DNA of 60,848 nucleotides, filler included, from Catajapyx aquilonaris (GCA_000934665.2; 2 parts of 2 records of this genome joined end to end with filler, not necessarily neighbours in it); one strand, 5' to 3'; shown: positions 1 through 12,828, counted from the first letter of the whole stretch. Notes: generated by a model not told the origin, from the sequence alone. Numbers and translations: made by a program.

Positions 1-1119
1 TCACCACAACACGCTGATCGGCTTTGCTGAAGTCCGCCATTTTGCTAGTGTCGGTAAGGCCCTCTGTTTGCAGGGCTGCGAAACAGGCGTCCGGTCATCG
101 CGAAATTTGAAACCTTTATCAAAAAATCCCACATGTGCTGGATTTCATGTTCCTTGAAGTACAAATATGTAAATGTCATGTGCAATGGCTTAAAAAAAAT
201 ACGCGCAAGTAATTTTTGACTGCACCTCGTACTGCTGTATTGTTGATATGAAACACATTGATGGAGATCTGGAAACTGGATGTGTCTTTTGCTTGCTCCT
301 GATCTGTCCACTAGGGCCGTACACATATTACGTCATTATTGCTACCTGATGACCAAAGATGATGAGAGAGGGAAGGGGGGNNNNNNNNNNNNNNNNNNNN
401 NNNNAAGTTGGGATGAATAAACTAACCAAAAACCGGGGGGGTGGGGGGGGGAGGTTGCCAAATGATGATGGAGAATGACGAGGGTGGGGGGAGGCAGTTC
501 AAAAATGTCACAAATTTGATGACGCAATATGTGTACAGTCCCTAACACAACTGGTGCTTTTTTGAAAAAATAAGAATTGCATGGGACTTTTTCTTTTGGA
601 AACACAAAGGGTCTCTTCAGGATCGTTTTTTCTTCTGCCCACCAAAATTTTCAGTGACATTTGTTCTTTATAATGGCAGATATGAAAAAGTGAATCTCAG
701 TTATGTTGTCTAGATTTGGGTTTTGCAAAAATCTTATTTTCAGATATTATTTAATGTGCAATTTTTCCACTTAAATCATGACAGGAAGTGCGAGGAGGGG
801 TAGATAATTTTTATATATCATTTTAAGAAATGGTAGATTGTGACAAATTTTTTGAGATGATAATTGTTCATTAAAACTGGAACTAATGATGTCTAAGATC
901 ATAACCTCCCATTGTTTGACCACATTTGCACCTGTGTTACCAATGTTGCAAAATCATATAGTATTGAATGCATCTTTTCCTGAGAAATTGGCGTAGGCCT
1001 ATTGAAAAATCAGTCGCAATTTTTGCTTGAAAAATTCAAATAAATATTATTTAACATTCCTTCATCTCCTGTCATGATTTGATAATGTAAAAAATTGCTA
1101 AATTGAGGACCAATTTATA

Positions 1120-1785
1120 CAGAGTGATTCTTTTATAACTGAACCCTAAAATATCTCGTAAATAAATGGACACAAATCTATCAAATTTTTATGGCATGTA
1201 CCTCCAACGTTGCTGAGCAAATGACATCACAGCAAGTGCTGGAAACTCAAAACCCCAGGATTTGGGACACTGACAATCCTCATGGGTCACATGAATCACC
1301 ACTTCACCAGAAGAAATTGTGAGTGAAGATCATCGGCCCAATTTCCTTCCGAGACAGCTTGATGATGTGGTGAATTGACATGGGTTACTTCCAGCAAGAT
1401 GGCATGACATGTCATTTGTAACATGAGTCAATGGCGACGACAAAGTTGTTTTGAGGACCATATGTCATTTCCAATTTTGCGGGGGTATCTGAAGGAAAGG
1501 GTGTACAAAGTACATAAACAAGCCACATACGATTCAAGCCTTACAGAAAAACATTACTAATGAAATCCACAACATTGATGCTGAAACATTGAGACGCGCT
1601 CTAGACAACATGCACCGCCGACATGTGCTTCGCATAACATGGCGACCACTCCCAGCACTAGCTGTAATTTCATTTGCTCAACATCGTTGCAGGTATGTGC
1701 ATGAAAATTTTGTTAATTTTTGTCCATAAGTTTACGAGATATAACACAGTTTTTAGGGTTCGGTTATAATAAAAGAATCACCCTG
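1120..1785 (+). mobile_element. Degenerate Tc1/mariner DNA transposon (internally deleted) in a PKD intron
   Basis: TA-flanked inverted ends (CAGAGTGATTCTTTTAT... / ...ATAAAAGAATCACCCTG). Internal relic peptides WDTDNPH..ESPLHQKK, FQQDG and GYLKERVY..NKPHTIQALQKNITNEI. Confidence 0.85.
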
Positions 1786-1964
1786 TAGAATAAAACTGAG
1801 TTTCACTTTCCATCTGGCATTATATTATGAACTGAACCGATAAAATGTGACAGACAGGAAAATATGACCCTGGAAGAGATCATTTGTGATGTAAATAATC
1901 ATTTACATTAAGTTGCAACACTCGAAGTTCAAAGCTATAATGCACTGATGACTTTCTTCCCTAG

Positions 1965-2353
1965 AGCCATTGATGGACATGCAAAGTGAAAAAGAGGAGT
2001 TGACCTGCACAGACATAAGTCTTCTCTATCAGATCTTCCCAGATGAGGTTTTAGGTTCAGGCCAGTTCGGAATAGTGTATGGTGGGGTCCACCGCAAGTC
2101 TGGTCGAGCTGTGGCCATTAAGGTGATAGACAAGATGCGGTTCCCTACCAAGCAGGAAGCCCAGCTGAAGAATGAAGTGTCCATCCTGCAGAACATCTCC
2201 CATCCTGGCGTGGTTAATTTGGAGAGGATGTTTGAGACTCCTGAGAGGATATTTGTGGTCATGGAGAAGCTCAAGGGAGACATGCTTGAGATGATTCTTT
2301 CCAGTGAGAAGGGGCGGCTCTCAGAGCGGATCACCAAGTATCTCATCACTCAG
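1965..2353 (+). CDS. PKD: Protein kinase D, internal exon (kinase N-lobe); upstream exons lie outside the window
   Basis: ctag| acceptor and CAG|gtatgt donor. Encodes [43 protein letters not shown], characteristic of PKD. Confidence 0.95.
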
Positions 2354-2789
2354 GTATGTTTTACTGTGTAAATTTTTCTCCAATATTTTTATCTGACCAT
2401 CACAATGTTGAGAGCATTGGCGATTTATGCCTGACAAATTGATTCCCTTATTACATAATGCTGGAATTGAATGACATAAGGACAGATAATCTTTAATGTA
2501 GTGGTGCCTACTAGGTACGTACTTGTACATTCATCTCTGCTCTGTTGCTGTGTTCTTTCCTGTAATACTAGCAACTGAATTAATATTGTACTGTTGTGTT
2601 ATTTGCCTGCCTTACTCTGGAATTGATGACAAGTTTTGTACACTGCTTCTCCAATGACAGGACTATGGTTGAGAGGTACCGGTATATTGGGTGTTTAAGG
2701 GCCCTCCCCACCTCAAAACATGCTATATTTTCCAGATTTCTTTAACCGTAATTCTTGAATAGTTTTTTCTTCTAAGAATCAGTATAATA

Positions 2790-3540
2790 GAGAGAAGGTA
2801 TTTTGCATGTATGAGGACTGTAATTTAACAGTGGCTACACATCTGTAAGATAGCAGTGAAATACAGGAAGTTTATACCACATATGCCACAGATAGGTTGG
2901 GTCTATATCTTACCTCGGAGCCAAATTGGATTATGCCACCACAATGAAGAAGAATGTGTCCTGTTGTGACCAGGTTGTCTATTCACAAGGTTTTTTCAAT
3001 GCAATTTTTCTCCTTCCCAATAGTTTTTTTCATGATGTGGAGGACATTTGCATGTGACAATCCCATCTCACAGGCTTACTGACGAATATATCGTTCACTT
3101 CTGATCCTTCTCCATCAGTGCGGAAACAGCACTTGCCTGTTTGTCACTTTCATTGTGATGTCCTGGCTAAGGGCCCATCTGTCACATTTTTCCTTCCCTT
3201 ACAACCATTCTATGTGGTAAGGCAGATGCCCCATAAGCCTCTAAAAGTGCTTGATGACACTCATTCTGTGGCCTCGTGTAATTTCAATTTTTATCACGAA
3301 TATCGAAGACATTGTGAATAAGCCTGATAGTTGCAACAGCTCATGTTTTCCTCGTTACTGTGCACATGAATGTCATGGTGGGATGATTCCATTCTGCCCT
3401 GGGGTTAGATAAGGACCTAACTAGCTCTGTTGTACCCATAAGTGGTATAAACTTCCTGCATTTCATTGCTATCTTCACAGATGTGTTGCCACAATTAAAA
3501 TTCCAGCCCTCGTGTTAGGTGAATTGCAAAATCATCTCTT
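2790..3540. mobile_element. Degenerate MITE with long imperfect inverted arms
   Basis: About 2812-2947 is the imperfect reverse complement of about 3373-3511 (e.g. CAGGAAGTTTATACCAC / GTGGTATAAACTTCCTG). Ends are imprecise. Confidence 0.55.
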
Positions 3541-3678
3541 CTCTTGTAATATGTAAAAGTTTGGAGAGCAGTAGGATGGCTTGGGCACAGGAGGTAGGCG
3601 AGGAGACCGGGTGGAAATTCATGATTATATGATATGCTTGTGAGTATCAAGGAATCATCATATGCATTGTATGCATTA

Positions 3679-4058
3679 TACTCCCGATTATCCCGGCTAA
3701 TGACTGCATTGGTGTTGCCAGATAATCGGAAAACACGAATAATCAGAAAATGGTCCTAGACATCGTAAAAAAAATGAGCTATTCACCCGTTTTTAATGTA
3801 CTGTATATAGAGAGTATGTTGCTTTGTTGAATCAAAATAATAAAACTTAGATTTTTACCCTGTCTTCCAGAAAAAGTCTGTTATATTTTTTCGTTGCCGA
3901 TACATTTTGGACAGTGGGTGGAATTTTCGTCCCATTGCTAGTTACTGCTAAGTTAGCAGTATCTAGCAGTGTGATGAAAATTCGACATATTTTTCAGACT
4001 TTAATTTTAAATTTCATTTTTTGGCGATGCACGGATATTCCACCGGTTAATCGGGAGT
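3679..4058. mobile_element. pogo/Tigger-like MITE remnant
   Basis: Inverted ends ACTCCCGATTATCCCGG / CCGGTTAATCGGGAGT. Confidence 0.5.
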
Positions 4059-4616
4059 TGTCCATACATGTGTCAAAAATCTACGCATCTCCTCTTTCAG
4101 ATGAGCTAAAATTAGCCATGGGAATTTGTTGGGATTATTTTGTTGATGCATTCATGTAGAGATCCTTGTGTTTGGGGAAGGCTCCACACCTTGCTTTTTT
4201 CCCATCCACCTAGTGCTTTGTCAAGAGCACTTTCATGTTTGTGTGGGTTAAAGTACTACATCACTCAAAAATATGGAGACAATTTTGCATTGAAACCAAA
4301 TGCAAAATCGCCTCCATCTTTTTGAGTGATATAGTACATTCACGTGGCATAGAATGGGTGAGCTTGGAAAGAAATAAGTGGTTTGAGGGGCTGCGGAAAT
4401 TATTTGGTTGGTGTGTGGGTGGCCCACCAGCACCACAGGACAAAGGCTCACTTTGAAAACATAACTTAACTTTAGCATTAGTTGGCCTCATGTTTAAAAC
4501 ACTTAATGTTATTTTGGCATTGACAGCTAGCTATTGTACAAAGCCTGCAACTCTCTCTTACTTCTGATACCTCTTTTTTCCTTCTGGCTTCATTTCACAC
4601 AGACTTGTAAGGTTAA

Positions 4617-5066
<450 letters not shown>

Positions 5067-5132
5067 GTATGTCATGGCAAAATCTTCGCAAAATGCAAAG
5101 AAAAGTCTTAACTCTTTGTTCTTCATCAACAG

Positions 5133-5218
5133 CAATAGACGTGATCAGCAACCTCCTGCAAGTGAAGCAGCGTAAGAGGTTCACGGTGGATAAGACGCTG
5201 GCTCATGTTTGGCTTCAG
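5133..5218 (+). CDS. PKD: Protein kinase D exon
   Basis: aacag| acceptor and CAG|gtcagt donor. Encodes [29 protein letters not shown]. Confidence 0.93.
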
Positions 5219-6229
5219 GTCAGTTCCTCTACAGACTTCTGAATGAAGTGTTTTACAAACCTTTGACAATGACCTATAGACATTAAGGAACAGGCAGTAT
5301 AATGGTGAACATGTTAGCACTATCCATTTTCACTTTGACAAGATGAGGTAATTACTGGTAGTAGAACAAAATAATTGTTAGTGGTGGCACAGAATTATGT
5401 ATCTCGCAACAGTTTACTGAAAAGTAATCTTTGACCTTTGATTGCGACAAACAAACCGCTCCACCCCTTTTTCAAAAATTCGCAATGCCGTTGTCCTTTG
5501 AATGTGTGTAATGGGACATGTATCATTGCACAGCACATGAGACGACGTTTCCAATGATATATATGTTGGTCCTACGTTACAAGGGCCACATAATGAAAAC
5601 CGGGTTGAAAGGTCGAGAAATTGCCCGAAAACTCAAAGTTTCTCATTTCTTTGCTCACAAACTATTCGTGACTCAAGCTTAAAACTTGACACGTATAGAA
5701 ACTTGTGTGAGTCTATATTCGTGTCACCAAATATGAAATATGTGGCTCAAATACATCACTAATTTTTCGAGGCCCAAATTCTTGGAAATTTGACGATGTA
5801 AAGCCAGGCACGTTTCTTTCTGATTGCATTGGTGAGTAAAACCATTTCCATAGCTGCATTCTCCTCATCTTATTGATGGGTTTGGACGGGGGCCTCACAC
5901 CGAAATAATTCACCAAAAAAGGGCTGATTTCCCACCCGACCCAAGTTTTGGGAGCGCCCCCGTCCCACCAGTGTTGCACGAGTTTGTTGCAATGGGAGAA
6001 TTAAAACGGCTGCCCACCAGATGGCAGGATCAGTCATGCAAGCAATCAAAATGGCACATCGCCTTAGAGTGCATGGGAGTTGCTCTCGCCACTTCCTGGC
6101 CCCTTCCTCCTTCGAAATACGATGAATGGATAGCTGTATCTTTGCATGCTACAAGGTCAGGTATGGCCGATCATCACACAATGGGATACCTTCAACCATA
6201 TCTTCATGCAAGATGATGCACTCCCATAT

Positions 6230-6768
6230 TTTGTATTGACTGTCCATGCGCGGCCGGATAAACAATTGCCGCAGGTTGTAGGGTGGTCCAGAATAATGGC
6301 CAGCACAAAGTCCTGTCCTTAAGCACTGCGACTTTTTCTGGTGAGGTTAGGCAAAGGAGGGCGTGTGCCGCACCAAACCGCAAAATTTGGATCAACTTGA
6401 GAGATCATTCGAGATGTGCTGGGCAAAGTACCACAGGATTACGTGCATATAAGTCTGTCGCGTGCATACCGAATTGCTTACAGAAATTGACGGGAAACTC
6501 TGGTTCCTATGTGAAATTTTAAGTTCGCAGACAAATTCCCATTTCAAGTTACAAAATAAAACTTGTTTCATGACAATTGAGGAATATCGGACAAAACGCG
6601 TCAGCTATGTAGCTGCACTGTGCAGCTACATAGCTGACGCGTTTTGGTGTCGTCAGCCATTTTCATTCCAATATGGCGGCACAATATGTGCACTTACCCC
6701 GGGTGTGCACTTACCCCACTTCACCCTACATGTTTCCAATAGGGAGTTACTTTCCGACCACCCTGTAG
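6230..6768 (+). mobile_element. Tc1/mariner transposase C-terminal relic with right TIR
   Basis: Degenerate WPAQSPVLKHCDFF..AKEGVCRTKPQNLDQLE (family motif WPxRSPDLxPxDFFLWG). Ends ...CCGACCACCCTG-TA. Confidence 0.7.
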
Positions 6769-8341
6769 TAGTGAACCCATTCCAAAATTTGGCAGCACTG
6801 CCCAGCCCTCTCCTCACTTAGAGGATAGGAAAGTCTATCGTTTATCCTCACCTTAGCGATGCGGACGGGGTTGGGCGGGCGTGGTGGGCTCCTGCCGATT
6901 GGTAATGCATCGCAAACAATCGGTTGCTGGGAGAGCACAACAAAGGGCGTCTTCTTACCCCTGCCACGCGAGCCGATCAGACAAGTGCTGGGACACTGAT
7001 CTTAATGAAGGAGGTGGCAAATGAAAGACATGAGGGTTGCTGCAGTTTGTTAACCCTAATAACGACATGATGTCACACCAGCCATGTTATTTCATCATGT
7101 GAAGTAGTATACCTGCAGAGTGAGTCGTGGACATAATTGGAGGGAAGAGCTGGGTAGAGGCAGGCAGAACATGACATCATGTCATTTGTTGGTTTAACAA
7201 ACTGTGTGAAGGTAAACTTTGTGCTTGGCAAAGCCAACATTCGTTGGCCTGCGGCACACAGTGACGAGGACCGCATTGTTGGCATATACAAACCCACAAT
7301 AAGCGCCCAGATCCGCAATTAACTAAAATTATCCTGCAGGGCGACGAACCGTGCCTGGAAAGGCTACAACAAAGGACAGAACTGTTGTGGTAACTAAAAG
7401 CCATACAGCATCAGCAAGACAGAGGGCTATTCCATCCACTTAATCACCCCCAAACTCGACCACGCAGATCCCGAAAAAATCCAATATAGCAATCAACCTC
7501 ACACCACAGCAGCAGTGGAGCTCCCCCTGCCAGTGCGTCCTCCAGCAGCCAACCCAGCCATTGCCAAATTGGGCACTCAGGCCAGCAGTCTCGACAGTAG
7601 GGAAATGCGCAGTGTGCGTCCACACTTTAAAAACCTGGATTTCGTGGTATAAAGGGGAAGGAAAGATCACATACCTGATAAGAAGGTTGTGCAATAGACC
7701 AGAATGAGCTCGAGTTGAGGGTCACGTTCGAATTCGGTAGGATTAAACGACGGGAAGACCCAATCCCCAAGCCGGATGTGAGTTTGTTTATTTTGCCCTA
7801 TGTTCGACAAGTATTGATTTTTAAAAACCCTAACTGACCTAATCAAACAAAAAAATTTGCGCCGTTCTACATAACAGTCCCATTACACACCTGATCAGTT
7901 TGCGTGGCAGGGGTAGCAACGCACCTTAGTTTCTCTCCGGGCAGTCCATTGTTGGCGAAGCACCGTTGCGAACCGTCGGGAGGCCACCCCCACCTGCCCA
8001 ATCCCACCCTCATTGCTAAGGTGCGGATAAACTATAGTACGGCCGTATGATATGCCACTACCAGTTGGGGCATAGGCTCCCTGTCTACACAATACTCGCA
8101 GGGGGCAAGTAGTACTACATACATGTTGCTGATGAGTCACTATGCAAACAAAGTCCACTTGGGTGCTATAAGTTGAAGTGTGTCCCAACCTCTGCCTTCT
8201 ATAGGTAGTGAACCTGTTGTGTCCTGTCACTATTGAATGGTGAAAGTGGTAACTATGGTAACTACAGGGTGGGGCAAAAGTCATGGGCGGATTAAAACGA
8301 CGCAGCATGGCGTAACGAACAATTATATATATTTTAAATTA

Positions 8342-8895
8342 CACTACACAGAGAAACATATGCCATTTATGGATCAAGGTCCAAAAAAGGCACTTCTTGA
8401 AAACAACACCGGATAGATTGCGGGCAACACATATTCCTCCAAACGTAGTCGGACGAAACCCTTCATAATGCGCTCCAGCATGTCCAGGGAAATGTTTCTC
8501 ACGGCGTGTCGTATCTGATTCTTAAGATCAGCCAGACTGAGGACGTGTGGCAAACACCAAACTCTTCAGGTACCGGTACCCCCACAAGAAGAAGTCGGGG
8601 GTGGTCAAATCCGGTGACCGCGGCGACCATGGAATGTCCCCAAATCTCAAAATGACTCGCCCAGGAAACATTTGACTTTTAATTTGTTTGGTGTTCGTCA
8701 CACCTCCTCAGTCATTGGCTGATCTTAAGGATCGCAGATAAGACACGCCAGAGAAACATTCCCCTGGACATGCTGGAGGGCGTTATGAAGGGTTTTATCC
8801 TGCTTTTGGAGGAATAATGTGTTGCCAGCAAAGGTGGACATCTATCCGGTGTTGTTTTCAAGAAGTGACTTTTTTGGACCTTTCTCTGTGTAGTG
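8342..8895 (-). mobile_element. Tc1/mariner transposase relic rearranged into an inverted duplication
   Basis: Minus strand reads FPGRVILRFGDIPWSPRSPDLTTPDFFLWGY..LKS..SLADLKNQIR. About 8342-8543 is repeated inverted at about 8705-8895. Confidence 0.8.
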
Positions 8896-9240
8896 GGGGG
8901 AGGGGGGTGGAGGGGGTGAGTGTTTGGTGAAAACGAAAAGGGGGCTTCATGACGAAAAGGTTGGGAACCACTGCCGTACAGCAAGGTATCCAAAAAGTGA
9001 GCTCAGATTCATATTGATGGAAATTCTAGCCTATACATGGTCCTGTGTGGTCATATTAGCAGCTTGGTTGAATGGCATGGTGGGCTGAAGCAGTCCACAC
9101 TACTCTTTCCAAAGTAAGTCAGAAGTGCACAGAAGGAATTTCTTCTGATCTGACAAGGAGCTGACTTTTGGGACATACTTTGCAGCACCTTGTATGTGTT
9201 ACTGTTGAAGGTGGATGTTTGAATTGTTGCTCTTTTTCAG

Positions 9241-9417
9241 GATTACCAAACTTGGTGTGACCTTCGTGATTTGGACCGGCAAGTGGGCGTCCGCTACCTG
9301 ACCCATGAGTCAGATGATGCTCGCTGGGAGGCCTACCAGAGACAGCAACAATCATCTCCACAGCAACAGTTGTCACCCCAGCAACAATCACCAGGTCACA
9401 GTTGGCAGAACTTGTGA
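9241..9417 (+). CDS. PKD: Protein kinase D terminal coding exon (absent from the ORF track)
   Basis: tctttttcag| acceptor, phase 0. Encodes [32 protein letters not shown]...WQNL*, matching the PKD post-kinase DYQTWLDLRELE..RYITHESDD motif. Confidence 0.9.
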   Translation, partial: DYQTWCDLRDLDRQVGVRYLTHESDDARWEAYQRQQQSSPQQQLSPQQQSPGHSWQNL

Positions 9418-10529
9418 CGCACTGCTCCAGTTGCAGTCTAAGGGAAAGAATTAGGGTCCTGTTACACAGTTGCATGTTTGAGGGGGACTGGTATCGTTTA
9501 GTTATTTTCCTCATGTGGGGCTCCTTTTTATTCTACAAAGAGGGTGTGGGAAAAGCTACATTGAAATTGCATTCATTTTTCTGCTTTAGCAGTCAAGTTC
9601 AGTTTTGGTGAAAGGAAGATGGTAGAGTGATCTTTTTACGATATACAGCACAGTGAATTTAGTGATGAAAGTGGGGGGCACAAACCAAGTGTCCCTTTAC
9701 ATTTAAAAGGAAATGTTAAATTGCATGTACAATTAAAAGTGTCACAGAGAAGAGGAAGCCAAATGATTCCAGTGTATTCAAAACAGACATAAAAAGAGAC
9801 ATGTTCCTTTCAAAGTGCCTCACAGATCACCTGAGAACACATGTTTTTGTCAACACAGCAACAATGTACCCTGAAGCACACATGTGACGGGACAAAGAAA
9901 TGAAATGGAAATTTTTACGGGACCATGAACATGGAACATGAGAAGTAAGACTTACAGAGAGGTGAGGAAAATGAAAGCACAAAGTAACGAACTCATATTT
10001 CGTAGGAAAGTTGCAACTCATTCATGCAGGAAATAAGGAATGATCAGAATTAATGTGTGACTCAGTAATAATCTGTTGAAAATTATTAGATCACAGTACT
10101 TTGTACCAAGGCTAACATCTAAACACGTAGAATTTTATAATGAAATATCACACCATATACCAACTTCCTTATCTCAGGATGTTAAAAACATTGCAAATCA
10201 GATGGCTATTAAGTGCAGTGCTTTTCTTGCTATTGATTCAGAGCCCAGTAACAGTTGCAATACAAGAGATGTCTTTTGGTCTGCAACGAAAATAAATCAA
10301 GTAAAAAGTTATGCGTAGTAGCCCCTTACCGTATTATATCTTAGTTTTTGCAATTACAATGCCACAATGCACTTATGTACTAATTAGCCAAAGATAAGGA
10401 TAAAGTAATAAGCCAACAAATACGCAAAAGGGGGTCAGTATAATAATTCCTGTGGATGACCTCAGTCTCTTTGTCTGTACAATCTGTCTTCCATTGTCAA
10501 CGTTACGGTATTACTACTACTGTTTAAAC

Positions 10530-10630
10530 CAGTTGTTCCTAACCACATTAACATGGCGCTCTCTCCGTGATGGTTTTCACCAAACCCTCATGCCCCTCCA
10601 GGGGGGCGCGCCCCAGGTTCGGAACCGCTA
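10530..10630. mobile_element. 101-bp hAT-type mini-MITE
   Basis: TIRs CAGTTGTTCCTAACC / GGTTCGGAACCGCTA, with perfect 8-bp TSD GTTTAAAC. Confidence 0.75.
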
Positions 10631-11000
10631 GTTTAAACCATTACGCGCTGCAAATTTACTCGTCTGTACATTTCTCTCATATGTGCTTTGTACATATTTT
10701 ACCTGCATTTTCCCTTTTCCCTTTCCCAGAGCTTATCAACATGTTGCATCACATAAATAATGTGCATGGTTGTGGGATTTGTGAATACAGTTTTTATGGA
10801 GCAATGTCCTAAAGTAAAACAATGATCATTGACTTCAACAGGCTTTTCTTCCACCCATTTGCCTCCACCTTACACCATGGCTTGGGCTTTACAGGAGCAT
10901 TCCCAAGTAGCCAGACATGAGCATCTCTGGAGGGATACATAAAATGACTTGCTTATTCCAGTGCAGTTAGTCCTCCAGACAGAGCAACTAATGTCAAACT

Positions 11001-11630
11001 TGGGGGGTTGGTGGTCTAGTAGCTATATGGCCACTGGCCATTGAAGTGGGAGATCCAGGGTTTAAATCCCATCCACGAGGGGAGGTGTAGATGGCCGAGA
11101 TGGTAACGTCTCGGCTTGCTGAGTGAAAGGCCCCAGGTTCGATCCCCGCCTGGGGAACTTTCCTTTCACCTGCGTCAGGAGGGTCTCTGACCTGCACCAA
11201 GGAGGTGTCTGGCAACCTAACCTCCTGGGGAACAGCACATGACCCGTTTACCGACATTGCATTTGCACCAATGTTCCCTCCCCAAAAATCCCTATATCCT
11301 TACCTCATGTCCTTTCATCCTTGCACCGGAGTTAGAAGAAAAACTCAGAAAATTAAAGGATAAATGGTGGGATTCCACCCCCCTATAAGGGCCTATGGCC
11401 CTATCACGGGGTAACATTAAAAAAAAAAAATCCCATCCACGCCACCTTTACTTGGTCTGGTCTTTTTCCGCTTTTCATCTGACATGTCAGGCAGACTTGC
11501 ACTCCCTTCTCTGCCTGGGGCCAGAAGAAAAGGTCTGGCAAAAGAACTGTCTGAAAAGACTAGAAACTATAACCTCCCCCAGTCCCCCTCCCCCCACACC
11601 AGTGGACCAGGGTGTTGCATCGTAACAACC
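11001..11630 (+). mobile_element. Older tRNA-derived SINE split by a second SINE
   Basis: A-box-like TGGTCTAGTAG and B-box-like GGTTTAAATCC. Sequence resumes after the TSD at 11442; 3' end approximate. Confidence 0.55.
11078..11427 (+). mobile_element. tRNA-derived SINE with poly(A) tail
   Basis: A box TGGCCGAGATGG, B box GGTTCGATCCC, 14-bp TSD AAATCCCATCCACG (11064-11077 and 11428-11441). Related copy at 39625-39927. Confidence 0.85.
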
Positions 11631-11814
11631 ATGTACTATACTGATTGTACAAGCACAAAAACAAAGGTCTGTGCAATACATAATTAGAGGTCAGCACTAC
11701 CCTAATTAATTAATTAAAAGACAGCATGCAGCCAGTCTCAAGTATTCCATTCATTCATGTAGTATTTTCAAGCCTATGCCTGTGTAGAATATCTTCCTCC
11801 GTCATGGAGTCCCG

Positions 11815-11960
11815 GAATAATCTGTTGAGGGTGAGCAGGAAGTGATGATGATGGCAAAAAGATTCCTGAGGCCAGAAGGAGAAGATGTGGCAGCAGCTTC
11901 TCGCAAATTGGCATTCCAAATGTCAGCCCCTTCCAGTAGCCCCCTTCTTTGACAAATGAC
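11815..11960 (-). mobile_element. Helitron Rep/helicase fragment
   Basis: RRGLLEGADIWNANLREAAATSSPSGLRNLFAIIITSCSPS resembles the conserved Helitron segment GLLEDDxxWxxxLxEAxxxxSPxQLRxLFAIIL..CxPS. Confidence 0.75.
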
Positions 11961-12589
11961 AGTTGGCATTACAGGCGGACAGACAGACAGATCACAAGCG
12001 TCTTTATTTACATAGATAGTGTACGGTATATTGGTTGTAACCCTTTCCACAGCGTCCCCATGCCGGGTGTAAGCTGCTAAAGATCATTTCTGGCCTTCAC
12101 ATGGTAGATGTATACGCACCACCTCACATGACCGCACGTCACATGACCCCACATGAAAAATCCATTGGGGTCATTCCACACGCACCTCCACCGATGGAAA
12201 AAGGCATATTGATACGATGCATTTGGCAGAAGTGTAACGTGCTCGGGCAGAACTGATGAGGTAGGTGACAGGGTGCATCATGCATGGCACCCTAGCTATA
12301 CTCAAGCAAACTAACGTGTAAGTGCCTTATTGGCACCTGCATACTGCATACCTACGTATGATCGCCTAGAACCCCTCTACATCCCTCAAAGTGACGGTAC
12401 CTTAAATTTCCTCACCCTGTATGTGTGTCCTATATTGGCTGTTGTGCCTACATTGGGATGACATTATTACACTTGAAGGACTTGAAATGTATGGATGGCT
12501 GGATCTGAGGAGATTTACGCTGCGTCTCCTCTTTACCAGGAGAGAGATAATATAGGCTATCTTATGGTTGTGACAACCAAGATGCTCTG

Positions 12590-12828
12590 AGTGGCGGATC
12601 CAGGAATTTTTTCTGGGGGGGTGCGTGGAGGGCCCGCCGCAGGCGAAATTTTTTTTCTCTTCAAGGTCACAACCCTTACTCTCGAGCCCAAATTTGGGGC
12701 AAAACGGAAAATAATTACTCATAGAACAGTGCAATTTTGCACTGTTCTAGAGGGTTTTTTTTTGTTTTTTCCCGTTTTTTCCCTCTGGGGGAGCTCTTGG
12801 GGGGGGGGGNCCCCTAAATCCGCCGCTG
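12590..12828. mobile_element. hAT-like MITE (same family as 24993-25346)
   Basis: Ends GTGGCGGATCCAG / AAATCCGCCGCTG. Shares internal CGCCGCAGGCGAAAATTTT..TTCAAGGTCAC. No clean TSD. Confidence 0.65.

Noticed and set aside
2029..2349. Antisense ORFs over PKD, UGT and ZIP exons
   Set aside because: Shadow frames of the real coding exons.
12250..12265. CTGATGAG hammerhead-core words (also about 8128 and 16404)
   Set aside because: No matching GAAA and stems I-III found by eye.
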